From positions 34,314 through 98,313 of the forward strand of contig JAVYMA010000002.1 in NCBI GenBank assembly GCA_038740345.1: a stretch of DNA of 64,000 bases, written 5' to 3'. Of this stretch, positions 17,727 to 27,585 are shown one piece after another. This stretch comes from Methanomassiliicoccales archaeon (GTDB taxonomy: Archaea > Thermoplasmatota > Thermoplasmata > Methanomassiliicoccales > UBA472). The notes beneath the pieces are model-generated. The model did not search any database, was not told where the DNA came from, and worked only from the letters and a program-made list of their open reading frames with translations. Made by a program: the position numbers and the translations under genes. Each line of letters starts with the position of its first letter. Position 1 is the first letter of the stretch.

Positions 17727-19217
17727 GTGAGGCAATCTGGCACAAATCCTGAAGAGAGCGTGGACCCGCTAGAGTCCTGCAAGGAAGGCACGCCAAGACT
17801 GCTTTGCTATTTCAAATGGTTCGATAGGGCACCAAAACTCATCCAAAAAATATTGCGTTTAGTAATACCGTTTCTGGTCCTTATATTCTTCCTGCTACTT
17901 CCAATGAACATCAGCAATGAAATCAGGGCCATGCTGGCCATCTTCTTTTGTGTGGCTTTGCTTTGGACCTTGGAACCTGTCCCCTTGGCGGTGACCGCAC
18001 TTATTGTGCCTGTACTATTGGTAGCTCTTGGTGTGGCCACTCCAGTTCAGTCTCTTCAATCCTTTGCTGACCCGATAATATATCTTCTCATGGGAGGATT
18101 GATCATCGCTGAGTCCTTTCGCGTCAATGGCCTGGATCGAAGGGCAGCCCTCTATCTTGTTGCGAAAATGGGGGGAGACGTGCGTAAGGTCTTGTTGGCT
18201 CTGATGCTAGTGACCACCCTGCTATCTATGTGGATTTCCAATACCGCCACCATAGCTCTACTGTTACCAGTGGCGGCAGGAGTGGCCTCGAAGGTGGTGG
18301 GCCAACAGCCAAAGGTGTTAGCCGCATTCCTTTTAGGCATGGGTATGGCGGGAATGTTCGGGGGAATGGCCACCATAACCGGGTCACCGCCAAACGCCAT
18401 AGTAGCGGCCTTGATTTCACAGGAGGAGCCATTTAGCTTCTTGAACTGGATGACTATGGGTGTCCCGGTAAGCATTTCACTATTCGCTATCGCTTTTTTC
18501 CTCCTGCCAAGGCTGATGAGAATTAGTTCTCAAGTCATCGATATCGCGCAAGTTCACAAGGAGCTGGTAGCCCTGGGAAGCTGGTCGCATGGAGAGAAGT
18601 CTACCCTACTGATCTTCTTCCCCACCGTTCTCCTTTGGCTTCTAGGCGACAGATTGGGAGGCGTGTTCGGGCTCCCCTCCAATTTCTTCGTTCCGGCCAT
18701 GGTCGCTCTACTATCCTCTTTCCTCCTGTTCGTCGTCAAGGCCTTGAAATGGGAGCAAGCCAAAGGCATATCCTGGGAGATCTTTCTTATTGTGGGTGCT
18801 GGGTTATCCCTGGGAAAGGCTTTGGAATATACTGGAACAGCCGCTCTCATAGCGGACTTAATCGTCATGGGATTCAGGGGCATGAGCGTTATTGCAATGA
18901 TGATTTTTGTTGGAGTCATTAGCGTGCTCATAACCAATTTCGTCTCCAATACAGCCTCAGCAGCTATGCTCGCCCCGATCATGATAGGGGTGTCAAGCGC
19001 ATTGGGCATAGACCCAAAATACCTGGCTCTCACAGTAGGTTTCTGCGTGTCTTTAGCTATCATCACTCCCATAGGCACCCCTTCCATGACTCTAATTTAC
19101 TCCACCGGACAAGTTTCCCGAAAGGCCATGGCTGCAGCAGGCCTTGTGGTTTCAGCGTTGGCCGTCCCCTTGATCGTGGCTATTGTTTATATAATGGTCA
19201 ATTCTGGATGGGCTTGA
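17727..19217 (+). CDS. DASS/SLC13-type anion:sodium symporter family permease
   Basis: 496-aa polytopic ORF with the duplicated SNT motifs (WISNTATIALLLP and FVSNTASAAMLAPI) typical of DASS/ArsB-NhaD superfamily carriers. GTG start. Confidence 0.8.
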   Translation: MRQSGTNPEESVDPLESCKEGTPRLLCYFKWFDRAPKLIQKILRLVIPFLVLIFFLLLPMNISNEIRAMLAIFFCVALLWTLEPVPLAVTALIVPVLLVALGVATPVQSLQSFADPIIYLLMGGLIIAESFRVNGLDRRAALYLVAKMGGDVRKVLLALMLVTTLLSMWISNTATIALLLPVAAGVASKVVGQQPKVLAAFLLGMGMAGMFGGMATITGSPPNAIVAALISQEEPFSFLNWMTMGVPVSISLFAIAFFLLPRLMRISSQVIDIAQVHKELVALGSWSHGEKSTLLIFFPTVLLWLLGDRLGGVFGLPSNFFVPAMVALLSSFLLFVVKALKWEQAKGISWEIFLIVGAGLSLGKALEYTGTAALIADLIVMGFRGMSVIAMMIFVGVISVLITNFVSNTASAAMLAPIMIGVSSALGIDPKYLALTVGFCVSLAIITPIGTPSMTLIYSTGQVSRKAMAAAGLVVSALAVPLIVAIVYIMVNSGWA

Positions 19218-19354
19218 ATTTATATCCCTAGGCGAGAACGGATATCATCACACCTTTCAGTATTGTCCCCTAGAGCTTAGCCACCCCTAGATAAATCATT
19301 AATATTCATATATACGTCCTATAAAGGCTGGGGGCCTGGCGTATAGCGTCAACT

Positions 19355-20200
19355 ATGTTCGGCAAAGTGGTCCTGATAACAGGTTCCACTTCAGGAATAG
19401 GTCTGGTTACCGCTACGGCGATCTCTGCTATGGGAGCGACGGTGGTGATTCATGGGCGCGATGCCCGGCTGGCACAGGAAGTGGTCATGGAGATCAAAGA
19501 GAAGACGAAGAACCCAGCAGTCTATTTCCTCCTTGCCGATTTGGGGAATTTGAGCGAAGTGAGATCCATGGCCGATCGGTTCCGGCGCAACTTCCATCGC
19601 CTAGACGTCCTAGTGAACAACGCCGGAGCCATGTTCGGAAAGAGACAGGAAAGCGTGGACGGTCTGGAGATGACGTTCCAGGTCAATTATTTGAGCCATT
19701 TCCTGCTCACCAATCTTTTGATCGACATGCTTTGCGAGAGTGCGCCTGCGAGGATTGTAAACGTCTCCGCGACTCAGCATGAGAGAGGGCGATTGGATTT
19801 CAACGATCTCCAGATGAAGAAGAAATATTCCGCCCAGAAGGCCTATGCGGCCTCCAAGCTAGCAGTGATGCTATTCACCTATGAGATGGCTAGGAGGATC
19901 TCTTGCAAAGGGGTGACTTGCAACGCCGTAAATCCTGGCCTGGCCAAGACTCAGCTGGGATATAGGTCAGGGCTTCTGACTAGCCTTTCTAAGCGGATGA
20001 CTGATTTATTGGGCAAAAGCGCAGAAAAGGCGGCCGAGACAACAATATATCTTGCCACCGCACCTGAGCTGGAAGGAGTTACTGGTAAGTATTTTGAGGA
20101 TAAAGTGGAGCAAGAATCCTCGGAGATGTCTTACAACCAAGAGATGGCCAAACGGTTATGGGAAGTAAGCATGGAGCTATGCAAGCTATCCAAGAATTGA
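19355..20200 (+). CDS. short-chain dehydrogenase/reductase (SDR)
   Basis: 281-aa ORF. It has the cofactor motif TGSTSGIG, NNAG and the catalytic YAASK. Confidence 0.85.
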   Translation: MFGKVVLITGSTSGIGLVTATAISAMGATVVIHGRDARLAQEVVMEIKEKTKNPAVYFLLADLGNLSEVRSMADRFRRNFHRLDVLVNNAGAMFGKRQESVDGLEMTFQVNYLSHFLLTNLLIDMLCESAPARIVNVSATQHERGRLDFNDLQMKKKYSAQKAYAASKLAVMLFTYEMARRISCKGVTCNAVNPGLAKTQLGYRSGLLTSLSKRMTDLLGKSAEKAAETTIYLATAPELEGVTGKYFEDKVEQESSEMSYNQEMAKRLWEVSMELCKLSKN

Positions 20201-20203
20201 CTT

Positions 20204-20680
20204 TTAAAATTCCATTTCCGCTGCCATCCTCCTTATCTCATCGAAAGGAGGTGGCACACCTTCAGCTGTCGAGACCCACCGGTATTTAATGATACCATCC
20301 TTTCCAATGATGAAAATGGCCCTTCGAGGCATACCTTTAAGGAGACCGCTAGTCTGCAGCCCGGCATATCTCTGGCTCACTTCGCCCTCTGCGTCGGATA
20401 GAAGAAGGAATGGTATATTCATGCTCTCCTTCCAAAGCTTATGCGTGAGGATGGAATTACGACTGATCCCGATTATTCTTAAACCTGCTGTCTCTAACTC
20501 TTTCATTTCTTTGAACTCCCTCATCTGCAGGGAACAGACTACACCAAAGTCATTGGGGTAGAACATCAGCATGACAGGTCCGCGAGAGAGCTCTCGGCGC
20601 AAATGGAATATATGATCGTCAGTTCCTGGTAGTTCGAAGTCTGGCGCCTCCTTGCCTACGTCAGCTCCCTCATCTTTCAT
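20204..20680 (-). CDS. AhpC/TSA (Bcp-like) redoxin family protein, atypical active site
   Basis: 158-aa ORF. FYPNDFGVVCSLQMREF aligns to the PxxxTxxC peroxiredoxin motif but has Gly at the Thr position. The conserved Arg context is PRRAIFIIGKDG. Confidence 0.7.
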   Translation of the reverse strand: MKDEGADVGKEAPDFELPGTDDHIFHLRRELSRGPVMLMFYPNDFGVVCSLQMREFKEMKELETAGLRIIGISRNSILTHKLWKESMNIPFLLLSDAEGEVSQRYAGLQTSGLLKGMPRRAIFIIGKDGIIKYRWVSTAEGVPPPFDEIRRMAAEMEF

Positions 20681-20796
20681 CGCCTAGATATCGGGAAGAG
20701 GTCTTGATAAGGATTGAGGCACAACTTATCGCCGAAAGGTTCTATCTCCAGGTATTATATCCTTGAGAAACTAACTTCCTGGTGTGGAGGCTGTCA

Positions 20797-21207
20797 ATGG
20801 CTCAATTGCCTAAGGAAGTCATCAAGCTGCTTAACAGTGAGAAAGCCGTAAAAGTCCTGGCTACAAAAACGCCCGAAGGGGATGTCCATGCCATAATCGT
20901 AGGCAGCGTGAACGCTCCCAATCCAGAAACAATAGTTTTCGGAACTCTGGTCATGAGGCGGAGCAGCGAGAACTTGCGCGTGATGATGGAGAGGGGTGAG
21001 TTGGCGTCGGTGTTGGTTGTTCAGGGGATAGAAAGCTACGAAATTAGATGCCGAATACTAAAGCAATCAAATGAAGGTCCCGAGCTGGAGTTGATGAACG
21101 AGAAGCTGAAACCTATGGGTTTGAAGATGACCAGTGTGTGGTATCTGGAACCTGTGGAGGTGTGGGACCAAAGCGCTTCCTACAATGCTGGCTCTAGGGT
21201 GGTGTGA
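20797..21207 (+). CDS. PNPOx-like (FMN-binding split-barrel) family protein, paralogue of 53669-54079
   Basis: The ATG at 20797 lies 6 nt after GGAGG (the track ORF begins at GTG 20782). MAQLPKEVIKLL...VWYLEPVEVWDQSASYNAG parallels MVKLPDEVFQAF...VWTLEPVEVWNQSASYEAG in the other copy. Confidence 0.5.
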   Translation: MAQLPKEVIKLLNSEKAVKVLATKTPEGDVHAIIVGSVNAPNPETIVFGTLVMRRSSENLRVMMERGELASVLVVQGIESYEIRCRILKQSNEGPELELMNEKLKPMGLKMTSVWYLEPVEVWDQSASYNAGSRVV

Positions 21208-21535
21208 CACCTTTCTCTAGGAAATCGGAAAGAACACTTCGGGTTTGTTCCCAGCTTACCAGAGGAGGCTTCTCCACCACGGTTATTAGCACTTTCTTCC
21301 CCTGCACCTTATAAGTCCCTCTGAATTTGAATTCAAGTCCGAGAATGCGCGGTCCGCCAGAAAATCCCCCACTCTTCAAATCACCTTTGAAATGCATCTT
21401 GTACTTCTTGGCGAATTCCGCTACTGACTTAAGCATCTCCTCGGGAGTGCCTTTCAATTGGAACTCAAAAGTCCGGCTTTCCATACGGAAATGTGATGGC
21501 CTCAACCCATATTTGTATTTGCCAGATAGGGCCAC
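21194..21535 (-). CDS. hypothetical protein
   Basis: 113-aa ORF starting 4 nt downstream of the radical SAM gene stop. No family recognised. Confidence 0.4.
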   Translation of the reverse strand: MALSGKYKYGLRPSHFRMESRTFEFQLKGTPEEMLKSVAEFAKKYKMHFKGDLKSGGFSGGPRILGLEFKFRGTYKVQGKKVLITVVEKPPLVSWEQTRSVLSDFLEKGVTPP

Positions 21536-21538
21536 TTT

Positions 21539-22237
21539 TCACCTTTTCAAAGTGGCTTCGATCCCATCCCCTTGAAGGATGACAAGAGGTACATGTCGTA
21601 GCATGATCGCGCCTAAAGCCTCCATCTCTTCCAGGCTTGGGCTGGGCCTCTCAATGCCTTCGAAGGGCAGATCATTTCCCCCGCTCATGAACTGTATCAA
21701 TTGAGCCTCCTCCACATACCCCTCTAACTGCTGCCCCATGCGCTCCATAGAATGAGAGTCGATTATGGTTGGTATCACCCTCGTCATGGACCTTACCCTT
21801 TGCCCCTTAAGCACTTCCAGGCTCTTCCTCAATGCAATAAGATGTGATTTCGCTCTTTCATCATCCAACGAGGTCATCCTTTTGATGGCTTCGACATCAT
21901 CCAAAGGTGCCCTGATCTCTACGATATAGCGGCTGATCATGCCTAAAGTGTCTTCAAGGAACTCAGGATCGGTCCCAACGGTTTTTAACGTGATCTCCTT
22001 TCCACGTTTGCTAAGCACTTTTATAAGCTCTAAAAGTTCATGCTTTTGCATAGCAGGTTCAGCTCCCCCAATGAAGATTTTCTTTACTTCATACTCAGAG
22101 AAATACTTCATCACCTGGTCTAAGGGAACGTCTCTTTTCTCCCTTAATCTATGCGCGCAGAACCTGCATCCAATGGGGCATCCATACAACTCTAGATTAC
22201 CCTCACCTATCTTCTTGTACATGGTAATGAGGCGCAT
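21539..22237 (-). CDS. small radical SAM protein (activase-like)
   Basis: 232-aa ORF with a CxxxCxxC cluster motif near the N-terminus (YGCPIGCRFCAH) and a GGAEP (GGEP-like) SAM-binding motif. Confidence 0.7.
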   Translation of the reverse strand: MRLITMYKKIGEGNLELYGCPIGCRFCAHRLREKRDVPLDQVMKYFSEYEVKKIFIGGAEPAMQKHELLELIKVLSKRGKEITLKTVGTDPEFLEDTLGMISRYIVEIRAPLDDVEAIKRMTSLDDERAKSHLIALRKSLEVLKGQRVRSMTRVIPTIIDSHSMERMGQQLEGYVEEAQLIQFMSGGNDLPFEGIERPSPSLEEMEALGAIMLRHVPLVILQGDGIEATLKR

Positions 22238-22294
22238 GAGATGATATCTTCTAGCAGCGTTATTTTAATGATGTGAACATTACCAATGGTTCGT

Positions 22295-22801
22295 TCATGT
22301 CGGAATCTCTCTCATACTTTCCCTGACTATGACGTAGAGAAATAGCGTCCATGCCGCACTTAGAGCGCTTATTATAACGGCGATTGCTAAAAGCAGCTTT
22401 GCTATCTCACTCGTCATCCAGTCCAGGATGAATCTTAAGCCGGGTGGAAAAAGGTCTGTCAGGTGTGCCATGTTGAAGGGGAATACTGACAGAAAATATA
22501 GGGCGGAAATGATAAAGATGATGCTGCCCAATACCTCAAACGGTCGAACTTTATTACGTCGCTTCGTGAGCATGCGCATCACCGCTGGGACCATACCGTA
22601 GAGCAAACTTCCATAGAACAATACCATTTCCAGGGTCTTGAATTCAGATGTAAAGAACCCAGTCATGAGCGTCTGATTTCTTACGAAGAAAAGGGCGACC
22701 AAAAGGATTAGCACGATCGAAATGGTCTCTCCAATATAGTCTGCTGGCTTGAGAAGGTCCTTTTGCCTTTCTCTTTTCGCCAATGTTTTTGTCCAAGTCA
22801 T
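22295..22801 (-). CDS. hypothetical membrane protein
   Basis: 168-aa ORF with about four hydrophobic helices. No family recognised. Confidence 0.5.
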   Translation of the reverse strand: MTWTKTLAKRERQKDLLKPADYIGETISIVLILLVALFFVRNQTLMTGFFTSEFKTLEMVLFYGSLLYGMVPAVMRMLTKRRNKVRPFEVLGSIIFIISALYFLSVFPFNMAHLTDLFPPGLRFILDWMTSEIAKLLLAIAVIISALSAAWTLFLYVIVRESMREIPT

Positions 22802-22863
22802 TCAATTTCCTTCTAATTAATATTTAGCATGAAAGGCCGGCATGCTTAACTAGTTTCCTTTCA

Positions 22864-23388
22864 TCACACCTCCACCGCCACTTCGTTGCGCCTTAAGAAG
22901 CCTGGAGTGCCTGGTCCATTGTAGCGCATCAGGAAAACATCGCCCTTTACTCTTAACCCCCTTTCTTCTATAGCTTGGAGCAGCTCTCTCTCCTTGGCCT
23001 TCACCGTCTCTTCATACACCTTGCCTGAGAACCTTAGGACAGCCAGGATCCTAGATTTTATCTCCACGAGCTTCACTCTCTCATCCAGAGGCTGCGGGGC
23101 AGTGGAGATAGAGTAGTAGGAGGGAAGCACAAAGGCGAAGAACCCTGTGCCGGAGATGGCGGGTCGGGTCATGCTTATTCGTTGATAGGTGTTTCCTTTG
23201 GAAATGACTGGAACGGTCATGGAAATGTCTTGGCGGGCTCGGTTCTCACCACTGATGTATCGAAAGAGGAGACGAAAAGCTGACTCATCGCTCATTCCTT
23301 CCACCATGGCCAATACCATCGTGGGATATCTCCTCAATTCGAATCCTTGAGCGCTTTCTAACACTTCGTAAGGGGTTGTCTCGGTCAT
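22864..23388 (-). CDS. SOUL/HBP heme-binding family protein
   Basis: MTETTPYEVLESAQGFELRRYP...PAISG...VLPSYY...VLRFSG...RYNGP follows the SOUL family pattern. The track ORF extends to a TTG at 23481; I prefer the ATG at 23388. Confidence 0.7.
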   Translation of the reverse strand: MTETTPYEVLESAQGFELRRYPTMVLAMVEGMSDESAFRLLFRYISGENRARQDISMTVPVISKGNTYQRISMTRPAISGTGFFAFVLPSYYSISTAPQPLDERVKLVEIKSRILAVLRFSGKVYEETVKAKERELLQAIEERGLRVKGDVFLMRYNGPGTPGFLRRNEVAVEV

Positions 23389-23671
23389 GGTGTAAAAAAG
23401 TCCTTGACATCTATTAAAGGATGAAACAAAACCCCTCAGGGGAGACGAATCTTTTACTGTTAGCTCATTAACAAACTTCAAAGGGTTCTAAGTGGTCAAT
23501 TACTCAACTCCTATTTCCATATGAATGATAAAAGGGATAAATACGCCATTCTTGAACAACGCTGCTTATGGCATCTAATCGGTTTCCATATCGACTAGAA
23601 AGTTGGATTATACGGCATGCAAAAGGTCCTGAACGGCGAACAGCCTAAGGCTTATCATTTCATAATAATTC

Positions 23672-26059
23672 TCACGCTCTATATTCCTTTACTTTCTCTG
23701 CCATCTCCTCCAGGCGCTTCTGGACAAGGTAGTTAATCGTGTTCGGCTCAAAGGTGCCATCTTCTCTTCTCGAACCCGCTCGGACCCCAGTTAGAAGCTC
23801 AATACCCTCGTCCACCGTTCTCACCGCCCAGACATGGAACATACCCTCTCTTATAGCCTCCAAAACCTCTTCTTTTAGCATCAGGTTCTGGACGTTGCTC
23901 TCAGGTATCATCACCCCCTGTCTGCCATTGAGCCCCAATCTCTTGCATACCTCGAAGAAGCCCTCTATCTTGAAGTTCACCCCACCTATAGCCTGTATCT
24001 CACCCTTCTGATTAACGGATCCAGTGACTGCGATGCTCTGATTAATCGGCTTGCCAGAAAGTGCGGAGAGAAGAGCATATAGCTCTGTGGAAGAGGCAGA
24101 ATCCCCATCCACGCCTGAATAGGATTGTTCGAAGGTCAGCTTGGCAGTCAGGCTCAAAGGCTTCTCTCGGGCATAGGTGTCATTCAGATAACCTCCTAGA
24201 ATAAGTACGCCTTTGGAATGAGAGGGACCGCTCATCTGAACTTCTCGCTCGATGTTGATTATGCCATCTTTACCCACTCCCACTGAAGCGGTAATGCGGG
24301 AGGGCATGCCAAAGGCGAAATCGCCTACTCCAACCACGGAAAGGCCGTTTACCTGACCAACCTTGTATCCTTCCGTCTGTATGAGTATCAATCCTTTAGC
24401 TATGGCCTCCTGTATTTTAGACTGTATCAAGTTAGACCGATAAACCTTCTCCTCTAGAGCTTTATTGATGTGCTTTCTTGTTATCTTCTCCTCCCCAGCC
24501 TCCTTGGCGTAGAAATTTGCCTCTCTGATGACATTAGCCACTTCAGCGAATAGCGTAGCCAATTTATTCTGATCCTCCACCATTCTTGATGAATACTCGA
24601 TTATCGCGGCCAAGCCAGAAGGGTCCACATGCAATAGATTCTCCTTCTTAGTTAGCATGCACACGAAAGAGGCATACTTCTGCACATTTTCCTGCGTACG
24701 ATCCATAGTTGTGTCAAACTCTGCTTTCACTTTGAAAAGCTCGCGGAAATCTTTGTCCAGAGAATAAAGAAGGTCATAGGTGAAAGGATCCCCCAGGAGG
24801 ATGACTTTAGCTTTGAATGGTATTGGCTCTGGCCGAAGCGATTTAGTTACCATGAATCCCATCCGAGCCGCAGGCTCCTCGATCTCTAATTTACCGTTGG
24901 CTAATGTCTGCTTGAGAGCAGGCCAGGCTAAAGGATCGGCGAAAAGCCCTTCCACCGGAAGCACTAAAAAGCCGCCGTTAGCCTTATGCGCCGCCCCGGC
25001 TCTTATCATCGTATAGTCAGTGAAAAGGGCCCCGAATCTCACTTCTTTCTCCAGAGCTCCGAACAGCCGGTAATAAGAGGCATTGCTTTCTATCTCCACT
25101 GGCGCTCCTTCCAGTTTTGAATTATCCACGATGAGATTAATGGCGTAATTGCGCCTGGGCCCATCCCCTTGAGACGGCGCTCCCATGAGGCTCGGTTGCT
25201 GAGGACTTTCTCCCTGGAGAATGGCGGGCACATTGTTGAGAATGTCCTCTTCCACATGTTTTAAAAATTCTAGCACCTCCTCGCAGTCCTTGAACCTTTC
25301 CCTAAGCCCGAATAGATGTGGCTGAAGTACGAATGCCGCTATCTCCCGGTTGAGCTTCACCACCATCTCCTCTGCTTTACGGTCGATATCCCTAAGCTGG
25401 ATCAGCCTTTTCTGCACCTCAATTTGCAGCTCCTCCCTCTTTCGCTCGATGTCTTTCTGCACTTTCAGTGGCAGTTGAGAGATTTGCTCCTCGCTCAAAG
25501 GCTGTCCCCCGACCATGGGGGCGAGGACCAAGCCTATGGGTGACTGGACTATTTGAAAGCCAGCCTCGGAAGCCATTCTGTTCATAGAATCGACGAATTG
25601 AGATCTCTCCTGTTGAATGGCTTTTAAAACACCATTTCTTCGTTGTGCGTATTCATTGCTCTCAAAAGCCTCTCTAAGCATCTGCGCCAAGTTGGATACG
25701 AACTTCTCCATCTCTCTCTTGAGCTCTATCCCCATACCTGGGGGAAGAGGTATAGCGTTGGGCCTTGTAGGGTCATGGAAGTTATTCACATAGCACCAAT
25801 CATTTGGCGCTGGCATAGTCTTGGCTAGTTCCTTGATGAAGTTCACCACTGCTGTCTTTCTCCCAGTACCTGGCATGCCCGAGACATATATGTTGAATCC
25901 AGGGTCTTGTATACGAAGGCCGAATCGTAATGCCCTCGCCGCCCTGTCCTGGCCGATGATCTCGGTCAGGGGGGAGAGCTCCTCCGTGCTTTTACAGTTA
26001 AATACCATCTCATCACAGAAATTTCGGCAATCTTGGAAATTTAGCTCTCTCGCCATCAT
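23672..26059 (-). CDS. Lon-like AAA+ protease (COG1067-type, S16 peptidase C-terminal domain)
   Basis: 795-aa ORF. It has Walker A GMPGTGRKT, a long insertion in the AAA+-like module, and the C-terminal Lon proteolytic motif GVDGDSASSTELYALLSALSG. Confidence 0.85.
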   Translation of the reverse strand: MMARELNFQDCRNFCDEMVFNCKSTEELSPLTEIIGQDRAARALRFGLRIQDPGFNIYVSGMPGTGRKTAVVNFIKELAKTMPAPNDWCYVNNFHDPTRPNAIPLPPGMGIELKREMEKFVSNLAQMLREAFESNEYAQRRNGVLKAIQQERSQFVDSMNRMASEAGFQIVQSPIGLVLAPMVGGQPLSEEQISQLPLKVQKDIERKREELQIEVQKRLIQLRDIDRKAEEMVVKLNREIAAFVLQPHLFGLRERFKDCEEVLEFLKHVEEDILNNVPAILQGESPQQPSLMGAPSQGDGPRRNYAINLIVDNSKLEGAPVEIESNASYYRLFGALEKEVRFGALFTDYTMIRAGAAHKANGGFLVLPVEGLFADPLAWPALKQTLANGKLEIEEPAARMGFMVTKSLRPEPIPFKAKVILLGDPFTYDLLYSLDKDFRELFKVKAEFDTTMDRTQENVQKYASFVCMLTKKENLLHVDPSGLAAIIEYSSRMVEDQNKLATLFAEVANVIREANFYAKEAGEEKITRKHINKALEEKVYRSNLIQSKIQEAIAKGLILIQTEGYKVGQVNGLSVVGVGDFAFGMPSRITASVGVGKDGIINIEREVQMSGPSHSKGVLILGGYLNDTYAREKPLSLTAKLTFEQSYSGVDGDSASSTELYALLSALSGKPINQSIAVTGSVNQKGEIQAIGGVNFKIEGFFEVCKRLGLNGRQGVMIPESNVQNLMLKEEVLEAIREGMFHVWAVRTVDEGIELLTGVRAGSRREDGTFEPNTINYLVQKRLEEMAEKVKEYRA

Positions 26060-26485
26060 CCTCTCCTGTAGTAAAATTGGAGAGTTAGTTACTTAGGCTT
26101 AACCCTTTTTAGAATGATCGGGTCGAATGCGAAATCAATAAACTCAGGGCAAGGGCGTCTGTTCTGAAAAAGGACTTTAAAAGAAATGACGGTGACTCTT
26201 GGTGTGTTGATTATGGCGAATCTTTTAAACATCTTGACCGAATGAAGCTATTTTGGAAATCGTCATAAGTAAAACGTTAGCAAGACCGAGCAATCTAGGC
26301 CTCTGAGATGGTTAGCTTGCCTGGTATAATATACCCTCGACCATTCAATTATTTTAATCAGTAGCGTTACGCAATAGCAGGAATACCATTGATTTTCTTG
26401 CAAGCCTAACCATTAGATATTTTATCCTATAACGATAATTGATTTCGAGAGAAGTCGTGGATATATTCAGGGCAAAATGCATTAA

Positions 26486-27585
26486 TTATTGGAGGTTTTG
26501 CAAACCCATCGATTCCTCCTCCATATGCAGATCCACAATTGCTTCGGCGATCGTAGGGCTCAGCATATAACGTGAACGCGCTTCGGTCCATACAAGGAGA
26601 ACATGTATCTGACCAGCATTAGAGGGTTCGATACTGCGTCCCCCTATTATTCTAGCCCTTGGAGGGGGGCAGCTTTTCTAACGCGATCTGCAACGCGCTG
26701 CACTTCATCAACGGTCATGTCTGGACCTCCTACCACCCTAACCACTGCCCCTTTAGACTACTTTACGTTTATCTCTCCCAATAGGGGGAAGGATAGAGCT
26801 TCCTCAACCGCTTTTCTTACCACCTCATCAGAATTTTTTATCAGCTTCACCAATACCTACAAAGTCTACTCCGCCCTCGTTCATTATTGTAAGTGCATCT
26901 GCCTAATCCAGATTCACCAAGGCCGTTTTTGTAATGGTCTCAGTAAGCCCTTTGATGGTCTGCATCAAAACCTCATCTGCCACTTTGAAAGCGGCATCCA
27001 CTGGCAATTTTGATACGAGTTGGATAAATCTATCGTTGGGCACCATGTTGGGAGGGTGAGCGATTTTCCTCAGTTTTTCATATCCATCCAGGGTATTTTT
27101 CATACACGCCATACCCTCAGCCTTGAAAGGCAATGTTACCACTCCGATGGTGAGCGCACGGATCTGTTCCTTGCAGATGTGTGCAATGTAATGGGCTGCT
27201 CTCGTTCCCCTGCCACCGCCCATGCCCACCGTAACGAAGACTATGTTAGCGCCAGAAAGAAAATTCCTTTTCTCCATCTCATTCTCCCTCGTGGCCTTTT
27301 CGCCCACTGCAGGGATTGCACCAGCGTCTAATCCTCTGGTCATAACCCTACCAATTAATATTTTGGCTGGCGCTCTAACTGTAAGGAGATGTTTCGCATC
27401 AGTGTTAATAGCGCATAGCTGTGCTCCATTTATCCCGGCATCCACACATCAATTAATGTTATTAGAACCTCCGCCGCCACATCCGATGATTTTAATGCTA
27501 AACCTCCAGCTGTTCGGCGTTCCTGTTAATCTCAGCCTCGGCAATGGATTCCTCTATTGTTGAATTAAATTGGCTTTTTTATACC
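26486..27585 (-). pseudogene. ftsZ: decayed ftsZ/tubulin-family paralogue
   Basis: The minus strand reads SIKIIGCGGGGSNNIN-TGA(27449-27451)-CVDAGINGAQLCAINTDAKHL...GMGGGRGTRAAHYIAHI (signature GGGTGTG mutated)...VNLD-TAG(26903-26905)-ADALTIMNEGG..GIGEA. The remaining C-terminal homology is spread over other frames with further stops. No start codon precedes the N-terminal IEESIAEAE segment. Boundaries are approximate. Confidence 0.75.

Noticed and set aside
26903-26905. Possibility that the TAG in the ftsZ-like gene encodes pyrrolysine, or that the TGA encodes selenocysteine
   Set aside because: The same gene also has TGA and TAA stops, several frameshifts, no start codon and a broken GTP-binding signature. 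Decay explains all of these; recoding does not.
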